A DNA stretch of 64,000 bases from a virus (Duplodnaviria; Caudoviricetes): positions 13,249 through 77,248 of the IMG/VR virus record IMGVR_UViG_3300031419_000378; one strand, 5' to 3'. A program made the position numbers and the translations under genes. The notes under the pieces were generated by a model that worked only from the letters and a program-made list of their open reading frames with translations, was not told the DNA's origin and did no database searches. Positions 57,124 to 64,000 of this stretch are shown one piece after another; position 1 is the first letter of the stretch, and each line of letters starts with the position of its first letter.

Positions 57124-57470
57124 CGTCCCATTTCAACCCATTATCATGGTTCTCATGATCATAATTCTCATGATTATAATTCTCCTTCAGTAAATCTAGG
57201 GTTATACGCTCTCATGAATTCCAAGCAAGTTCGGGATGCTGAACTTGCTTAAACTCAATTTAGTATTGAATCCCTTCCTCGGTGTTACTAACCTCGAAAA
57301 GCCCTAATTTAATGTATCAATCTTCATTGCTTCCTCCACAAGCCTTGATTACGTGTATCGCGTTGATTACTTCGTTTGAGAGCTGTGTTAAAAGACTGTG
57401 ATTTGCTCCCTAGAAATGAATACGCGGTTTCATTAGCATATTCTTCACCTACTACCTGATCATTATTAAC

Positions 57471-57494
57471 GTCCGCTCCTCTCTCATAGCTGTT
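57471..57494 (-). repeat. Degenerate inverted palindromic repeat B8
   Basis: GTCCGCTCCTCTCTCATAGCTGTT. Confidence 0.7.
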
Positions 57495-57656
57495 AGGAGC
57501 AGACTCAATAACGCGCTAATCACACCAGGTTGCGTGGTGGGTGATTTGAAATTAGTCACAAGTGCCTGAACGCGCCAACTAAAAACTCCAGCCTCATCGA
57601 AACCATTACACATTTCTCACCCACTTCACCTTGTTTTGACCCCTTGTCTGATACTA

Positions 57657-57672
57657 CTGTTTAACTATACAG
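57657..57672. promoter_or_regulatory. LexA (SOS) box
   Basis: CTGT-TTAACTAT-ACAG. Confidence 0.75.
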
Positions 57673-57695
57673 TCAATATTAAGGAAGGTGTTATC

Positions 57696-57970
57696 ATGCC
57701 TCGTTATCACGAGATTAAGGATGCATTTGTCAGCGCTATTCATCGCGTCGCTATGTAGTCACCACGAAGGAATTTGTACGGCAGCTGGAGCGGGTTAACT
57801 GGCACTTCAGCCTAAGTGAGGCCAACCAGTGGATAAAGGCGAATACATGTACTTTCCGTGATGTCACCACTCAGTAAGGCGAGGCTAAGACTTACGCCCA
57901 ATTCAACCCTAACGGGGAAACATGATATGGATTAGTCTCAACTGCTACCGACTACACTTAACAATGCAAT
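57696..57970 (+). pseudogene. Decayed small prophage ORF plus umuD-like start
   Basis: MPRYHEI..AF, NWHFSL.EANQWI, FNPNG with internal stops; ATG GAT TAG..ATDY at 57927. Confidence 0.55.
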
Positions 57971-58407
57971 AGCGAAATCCGAATCCTCATAGGTAGCTAT
58001 GATAATATAATTTGAGTTAATATACCTCATAGATTCACTCTGGCAGACCGCTTTGTTATCCTTGTGTTGAAGGATACAATTGCATACCAATTAGAGGGTT
58101 AGCTGCAGTCGGCACAGATCTTCTTGACCTGAATTTTTCCATAGATCGGCAAGACCATTGGCAGAGAAGGGCTATTAAACATAATTGTGCTTTATCAAGC
58201 AACACAACAAAGCATAATGCTTTATGCATTTTAAAAACGACAAATACAATAAAAACCGCAAGAAATTAAAAAATAGTTATAAATATTTAAAAAAAAGGAA
58301 AGGAAAGGAAAGGAAAAGCTTCAGGTTGGAACTGAAGCTTTATGGACTTATATCAAATACACATCATTTATGTAGCTGATATGCATCTAAGAATAGAAAG
58401 TTTGATC

Positions 58408-59277
58408 TCAAGGTTTTTTTGGCGCTTTTATTTTCATAGGATCATTTGTTTTTGGTATTTTTAGATTTTCACTAAAAAACATAGCTTCAGAACCCTTATA
58501 CCTATCTTGTGCGCTGTAATTTATACCATACATTAAATGTGGGGTTTTATATAACTCGCGAATTTCTGGCGTATTATCGTAAGATACTATCCAAGGCGTC
58601 TTTATAACTTGTTGGACAACTTTTGAAACCGCGACATGATCCTTATGATTGTAGTGATTAATATACAAACCTTTGCCTTTAACATAATACGGCGGATCTA
58701 AGTAAGTTAGTGAATTAGGAGGTAAGTCATTAACTATTTTATTTATGAAGTCTATAGCATCAAGATTATGTAACTCGATTTTATCTCTTTCTAAATGAAT
58801 ATTTTGAATGCGAGAGATAAGATCCTTTTTATTATATCTAGCATCAATCTTCCAATGCCCATCTTGATTTTTACCACCGATAACGCCAGCCTTTAAAATC
58901 CCAGAGCGATTTGTTCTGTTAAGGAAAAAAGTTGAGAAACCTATGGTTACTAAATCATATTCTTTAGCATTATTCATAATTTCTTTCTGTTTATACCACT
59001 CATCAATACTGACTGAAGTAGTTTCAATCAGAGTGCATAGAGCATCAGCATTATTCAGGACAGAATGCCAGAAAGCATAAACAGAAATATTGATGTCATT
59101 AAGTATGATTTTCTCTGCAACATTGAGATCAAGCAATTTCAATGCAAGACCAGCCCCACCTGCATATGGTTCTGCATAATAAATAGGTGATAGGTTATTA
59201 TCATCAATAACGTTTAACATGAAATTTGTTAATTTGCCTTTGCCGCCAGGATAGCGTAGTGGGGTATTGAAACGCAT
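58408..59277 (-). CDS. Dam-family (D12 class) N6-adenine methyltransferase
   Basis: TPLRYPGGK, EPYAGG, ND, DPPY. Confidence 0.9.
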   Translation of the reverse strand: MRFNTPLRYPGGKGKLTNFMLNVIDDNNLSPIYYAEPYAGGAGLALKLLDLNVAEKIILNDINISVYAFWHSVLNNADALCTLIETTSVSIDEWYKQKEIMNNAKEYDLVTIGFSTFFLNRTNRSGILKAGVIGGKNQDGHWKIDARYNKKDLISRIQNIHLERDKIELHNLDAIDFINKIVNDLPPNSLTYLDPPYYVKGKGLYINHYNHKDHVAVSKVVQQVIKTPWIVSYDNTPEIRELYKTPHLMYGINYSAQDRYKGSEAMFFSENLKIPKTNDPMKIKAPKKP

Positions 59278-59356
59278 AAGATACCTCTAAAAACTTAGCA
59301 TGTATTGTAGCAAAAAAAAGGCTTCATGGCCATTACATAAAGCCCTTTAATATCAG

Positions 59357-61090
59357 CTAGTTATCAGAAAGATAGCTATGTACCAAAGCAGAGTCTACAC
59401 CATGCCCAGAAATCATAACTGCTCTGAGATTTTTTATAAAATTACTTTTGTATTTTTCGGAAGCTTGAACGTGACATTGAACCCAATATCGATAAGGGTT
59501 ACTTTTAACAGGCCCATCAACCAATTCACGGAACTCAGGCGTATGCGCAAAATCTTTAAAGATTTTTCTTACCTGTCCCAAGATGCCTCTATTACCAAGT
59601 TTATATACGCTAATGGATTCTGAGAGGGTTATTGGAGCATCTCCTAATCGTAATGTATTGACAATCTCTCTGGCGATCTTAGAAAAAACAGCTTTCGTGA
59701 AACGTTGATTATTATCCCAGTATTTATCATCAGGAGGTAAGTTATATAAAAACTCAAATATCATTTGATCTGGAGGGAGAAAATGTGGCAAAAGACATAG
59801 ATTTTTCTCTTTGATAGCCTTCTTTGCATTTGCCCCTTTATCATTTATTACGTCGCCGTCGAGAACAATTAAACTCTTAGATGTAAACTCAGGGATTTTC
59901 CTTGCCATTAGATCCATTATAGCACTACAGCTAATATTTATATTGCCAAGAAGATTTAGAACTTTATTGGTTTTCCGGTCAACTACTAGCTGTCTAAAAA
60001 AATCGTATCCTTCGCGGTCTTCAAAATAGACGCTAATTTTAGGGAGATTAATTCCACTATCGATCTTAACTGTTTGGACGTGTAGATCTGCATTAATATC
60101 TGTCCAAGATAAGTTGTCACGATTTTTTATGCTGCCATAAGTGTCTGTTAAATAAATTGTTTTAAAGGAACCTTCGTCTTGTTTTGCTCTATTGTAAACA
60201 TCCTCAATAATCAATGGTGAATGAGAGGTCATTATAATTTGCAGATCATATTGCTTAGCTGCTTTAGTTAGAATTTTAATTAATTCCGATTGGGCTGCTG
60301 GAAACAGACCCGCATCTGCTTCATCAATTAAAAAAACCCCACCGTGATAGTTCGGATAAGTTTCTTTAAGTCTTTTGAAAGAAAAAATCGCCTGAATAAT
60401 CTGTCCGACATTATCTTCTCCGACAGACACAGATTGATGGTCGTAATTATCACCATGAACGACCATTGAATCAATTACACCTTGAGTGGCTGTTACAGAT
60501 TTGCCACTTGATTTTAACAATAATTGATTGTTCATTATTCTAATATCGTCAGCGTTATCCTTAATATATTGCACGTCTCTAGTTGAATAATCTGTTCTTA
60601 ATGTAATTGGAAGCAGTCTTGCTAAACTTAAGAATATGACTGGATGCGTTACATTTCGGCTTTGATTTATATCTGGGATCCCATCATTACCTCTAACAAT
60701 AGGCCTTGCCATTGTCCTATCTTTATATTCATAAAGACCTAGTGTAAGCTTATCTAGATGTTTATTAACTGTTGCATCATATAAATTAATCTTGACGCTC
60801 ATAGAGCCAGCAGCATCAAATTCTTCAGATAATCTAAAATGCTCTTGAAATGGTGACTTGAAATTTTTATTGGTTAATGTTTTATATTCAGTTAATGAAG
60901 TCGATGCTTGTCTTGAAAGATCTTTCGAAAAACTAAAAATCTGCGCAACAATACCAAGAATTGATGATTTAGATGTGCCATTTTTTCCACAAATGACGGT
61001 CAGTTTATTACCAAATTCTATGTTAACGTTATTCAAACCTCTAAATTTTTCAACTTGAATTTTATTCAGTTTAGTAATCGCATTTGCCAT
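59357..61090 (-). CDS. ABC-type ATPase with C-terminal TOPRIM-like domain (OLD-like)
   Basis: FRGL, GKNGTSKS, SVGE, LIDEAD, TSHS; VYFED and LDGD TOPRIM acidic motifs. Confidence 0.8.
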   Translation of the reverse strand: MANAITKLNKIQVEKFRGLNNVNIEFGNKLTVICGKNGTSKSSILGIVAQIFSFSKDLSRQASTSLTEYKTLTNKNFKSPFQEHFRLSEEFDAAGSMSVKINLYDATVNKHLDKLTLGLYEYKDRTMARPIVRGNDGIPDINQSRNVTHPVIFLSLARLLPITLRTDYSTRDVQYIKDNADDIRIMNNQLLLKSSGKSVTATQGVIDSMVVHGDNYDHQSVSVGEDNVGQIIQAIFSFKRLKETYPNYHGGVFLIDEADAGLFPAAQSELIKILTKAAKQYDLQIIMTSHSPLIIEDVYNRAKQDEGSFKTIYLTDTYGSIKNRDNLSWTDINADLHVQTVKIDSGINLPKISVYFEDREGYDFFRQLVVDRKTNKVLNLLGNINISCSAIMDLMARKIPEFTSKSLIVLDGDVINDKGANAKKAIKEKNLCLLPHFLPPDQMIFEFLYNLPPDDKYWDNNQRFTKAVFSKIAREIVNTLRLGDAPITLSESISVYKLGNRGILGQVRKIFKDFAHTPEFRELVDGPVKSNPYRYWVQCHVQASEKYKSNFIKNLRAVMISGHGVDSALVHSYLSDN

Positions 61091-61698
61091 GGACGCTCCC
61101 AGCTGTCATTGATGGTTACAAGTGGTAACTGATAGTTTACAAATAACCTTTTATCTCTTAAAGACGTTCTTGTCCATCATATTCATTAAATATCTATGTT
61201 TGGCTGCCTATGTGAATTAACCGCCCCGATTTCTGGTTGAAGGCGATATTGCCATTTTTTTAATACATTGAGGATCTTGACCAGCAATGGGTTATTGTGG
61301 CAAGTACCTTTGTCTGCAAGAAGTTACGGTTATAACGGGCATAATCACCTCGGTCATAAACAGTATGGCCTTTTAGCCACAGATCCTAGCACTTAACACT
61401 GCTGTTAATGTTACATGCAGGAGGACAAGGAAGTGGATTTACAATGGCGGCAAATGAAGTGAAGAGACTTAGTAGACAAGAGAGGGAGCTGTAAAAGAAA
61501 CCGATATATTCATAACGGGCTCTAAAAAGGATACATATCGCTTCAATACTGGTTGAGCAGGCAGGCGGTCCTATGCATAGCGCTGTGAACTCATTCATTA
61601 ACACAACTGGAGTGCTCAACAAAATCATCAGTAATTACTCCTTTTCGGTACTTAATAAGCTAAGCTTTTCCTTGAAATAACCTTATTTAGTTTTATAA

Positions 61699-62568
61699 CT
61701 AAAAACTTATATCCCACCATCGTTGATCTTTTTCAAACCATGTTGGCGTTAACTTTTCTTTTTCTTCTTTAGTGATAGGTGGTGCCATAAGGGAAGGGGA
61801 GTCTTTTATTAAAGAGTAGACTACAAGTCTTTCTTCGTCATAAAAATCTTGATTCTGTTCAATAAGAAGACTAAAGCATGATGATATCCACAACGTGGTG
61901 ATAATGCTTAATGTAATCAGCAATCTTGCAAATTGTCTGGTTAAAGAAAGTCCCGATTTAATGCTTATAAAAAACATAATAATGGCAAAAAGAAAAGAGA
62001 ATTTAAGTAATAAAAGGATCTGATACCAAATATTTGCGCGCTTGTTGGCAGGATCAGTCTTTGAATTTGGCTTAACATCCTCAAGCGCCACAAAGTATGC
62101 CTCGCTTACACTATCGGCCATTGGATATTTTCGGAGCAGTGCGAGTTGCCGATTTTCAGAAAGATGCTTTTCAATAACAATATCAGGATAGTAATGAATT
62201 TGGGGAGGCATGTTGTCAACCAAACTCGATATTGGTCCGTTAATAAGATACATGCAAGCTACAAGTACAACAAGTGAAATAGCTGGAACTAATTTCGTAA
62301 GTCCGTAAGGTTCAATGAGACTGTGGGCTATCTCAAGTTTTTTACTGTATTTTTTAATGTTTGTAACAATCTTATGCAGCAGTTTATTTGTTCCTTGCGG
62401 ATGAAAGTAATAAGCCATGAAATATGCGATGACAACAATCGCTAACGGGGGCCATGCAAATGACCAAATATCTTGCACCATCTTTGTAATATCATTGAAC
62501 TGCACGGTTCCTCCTCGAGCATTTAATACCATAATATTTTCATAAAACATATTAAAATATTTATACAT
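61699..62568 (-). CDS. AT-rich membrane protein, hypothetical
   Basis: 289 aa with about four hydrophobic segments; true start may be internal. Confidence 0.6.
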   Translation of the reverse strand: MYKYFNMFYENIMVLNARGGTVQFNDITKMVQDIWSFAWPPLAIVVIAYFMAYYFHPQGTNKLLHKIVTNIKKYSKKLEIAHSLIEPYGLTKLVPAISLVVLVACMYLINGPISSLVDNMPPQIHYYPDIVIEKHLSENRQLALLRKYPMADSVSEAYFVALEDVKPNSKTDPANKRANIWYQILLLLKFSFLFAIIMFFISIKSGLSLTRQFARLLITLSIITTLWISSCFSLLIEQNQDFYDEERLVVYSLIKDSPSLMAPPITKEEKEKLTPTWFEKDQRWWDISF

Positions 62569-62826
62569 TAAATTAGGCTGTTTAACCTAATATAATTCTA
62601 AAAACGTAACAGATTTTAAATTAATCACTTTTTTGTTTAGGTATAGATTTTAAGCAATAGTTTTTTCCTTGTACACTGTGGGTACGTATGGTCTCAATCA
62701 TGGCTGATAGTGGATAAGGATTGGGTTAGTTAGCCGCAAGTTTATCAGATAATGAAAAAATATTATATGTATATAGGGTTTACAATTTTGAGATCCTTTT
62801 CGACTTCATCATAACTCGTGGTATTT

Positions 62827-62842
62827 CTGTACATCTATACAG
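62827..62842. promoter_or_regulatory. LexA (SOS) box
   Basis: CTGT-ACATCTAT-ACAG. Confidence 0.75.
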
Positions 62843-62859
62843 TGATCTGAGGGGAGATT

Positions 62860-63385
62860 ATTTAATGAATAAATGGCGTGTGCTTGAGCTCCATTAAACC
62901 ACAGTTAGGCAGTGGATGCATTTTCATGACATATGAGTTCGTTTTAGCGCTAGTGTCGGCTAACTGGCACCCTAGCCTAAATGCAGCCAATCAGTGGTAA
63001 AAAAATACAACCACTTATGCGTGATGTATTGCTTTATGGAAAGTTAGACTAAATCGTATATGTAGTTAAGCCCTAACGGGTAGGATATCTGACATGGGAT
63101 TATCTTAACCAGCAACAGAGTACGTCAAACCTGCTTACCTTAAATACTTTGTTTAGTGCTGTTCCAGCCAGCCAGTATGAAGCGCATCATCGTACCTGAA
63201 TAATTTGTGTTGGTAGACCGAGCGGTTAAGGGTAAGCCATGCGATGCTGCTGCTTTTAACTCGGCAGCTACCGATAGTTAGAAGGATTGTTCAGCAGAGG
63301 GATTATCACCTAGGGCGACAACAGATCGACGAGTAAGGGCTGAAGAGGATAGTGCTGCTGGGTAATGTCACTGTTACTATCGTGT
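62860..63385 (+). pseudogene. Second decayed small ORF plus umuD-like module
   Basis: NWHPSLNAANQW-stop and CCCTAACGG match the 57696 relic; MGLS*PATEYV at 63094. Confidence 0.5.
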
Positions 63386-63448
63386 CGGTATTTCAAAAGC
63401 TGAGGCCTACATTATAAATCCGGTAGCTCCCGCCATAATTTTTTTAAT

Positions 63449-63466
63449 TGTACACACCCGTGTACA
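63449..63466. other. Palindrome TGTACAC-ACCC-GTGTACA near the probable right boundary of the prophage/island
   Basis: Directly visible; lies between decayed phage DNA and an intact housekeeping-type gene. Confidence 0.45.
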
Positions 63467-63564
63467 TAGTAAAAAATCAGTTACAAAAATCCGCTAAAAA
63501 ATCCTCTAATTACAAAGCTAACCGGCATATTACTGTTATAGTTGCACTTTATATGGGAGGAACC

Positions 63565-64000
63565 ATGAGCGAACTGATTGATATTTTTACAAGTCACAAA
63601 AGTGAACGTAGTTTCACTGAGCAACCTGTCGATGAAGCTGTGCTGGATCGGATTATCAGTACCGCTTATCGCGCACCTACATCAGTAAACTCGCAGCAGG
63701 TTTCTGTGGTGATCACGCGTGATGCCGGACGTCGCGCACAGATCGCCGCCATTGCAGGCGGTCAGCCGTGGATTGCCAAAGCACCGGTGTTTATCACCTT
63801 TGTGCTGGATATGCATAAATCAGCCGTGGGAATGGCCGCGGTCGATCAACAGCAGATCGCTCATCAGAGCATAGAGAGTATCGTTTCGGGTTCTACCGAT
63901 ATCGGTATCGCGCTGGGGTCGGTAATGGCGGCTGCGCGTGCGGAAGGTCTGGGGATTGTGCCAATTGGCGGTATCCGTCGCGACCCGCAGGCGATGATTT
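63565..64000 (+). CDS. NfsA/FRP-family nitroreductase, 5' part (runs off the window; missing from ORF track)
   Basis: GGAGG RBS; SHKSERSF, APTSVNSQQ, GGQPWI..AP, GLGIVPIGGIR. Confidence 0.85.
   Translation, partial: MSELIDIFTSHKSERSFTEQPVDEAVLDRIISTAYRAPTSVNSQQVSVVITRDAGRRAQIAAIAGGQPWIAKAPVFITFVLDMHKSAVGMAAVDQQQIAHQSIESIVSGSTDIGIALGSVMAAARAEGLGIVPIGGIRRDPQAMI

Noticed and set aside
30388-57494. CRISPR array or integron attC interpretation of the palindromic repeats
   Set aside because: Intervals are gene-sized and repeats alternate in orientation; no cas genes; no consistent RYYYAAC/GTTRRRY cores and no IntI-type integrase seen
58288-58317. A-tract plus (GGAAA)n short repeat
   Set aside because: Only about four units in AT-rich intergenic DNA; no function can be supported
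61386-61628. 80-aa minus-strand ORF upstream of the ATPase
   Set aside because: No clear RBS or motif; may be real but cannot be supported from sequence alone

Overview
Positions 1-~30340 are the late region of a lambdoid siphophage prophage. It runs: holin pair, endolysin, nested Rz/Rz1, morons, a ParB plus glycosyltransferase-like pair, terminases, portal, head, and a tail with a lambda-type GGGAAAG -1 frameshift and an AmsF/WceF-like tailspike. The tailspike points to a Pantoea/Erwinia-type enterobacterial host (inference). From ~30390 to ~63470 is an accreted accessory and defence island. Its most striking feature is a 24-bp palindromic repeat (consensus GTCCGCTWTGWGCSARAAGCGGAC, read by eye). 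I found 16 copies in alternating orientation, bracketing gene-sized cassettes: nuclease-like genes, FRG, HEPN-like, a deaminase and a membrane protein. Four back-to-back doublets have a fixed 15-nt linker. One cassette holds only a HEPN-motif gene and an upstream tRNA-shaped RNA with an abnormal anticodon arm. A umuC gene is split by a ~16.6-kb element carrying two tyrosine recombinases, 12-bp terminal inverted repeats and ars/cop cargo, and that cargo is itself bracketed by the same palindromes. An ATPase-TOPRIM plus Dam-type methylase pair and two decayed SOS-box/umuD modules follow. A probable host nitroreductase gene begins at 63565. All family assignments come from motifs recognised by eye; no searches were run.
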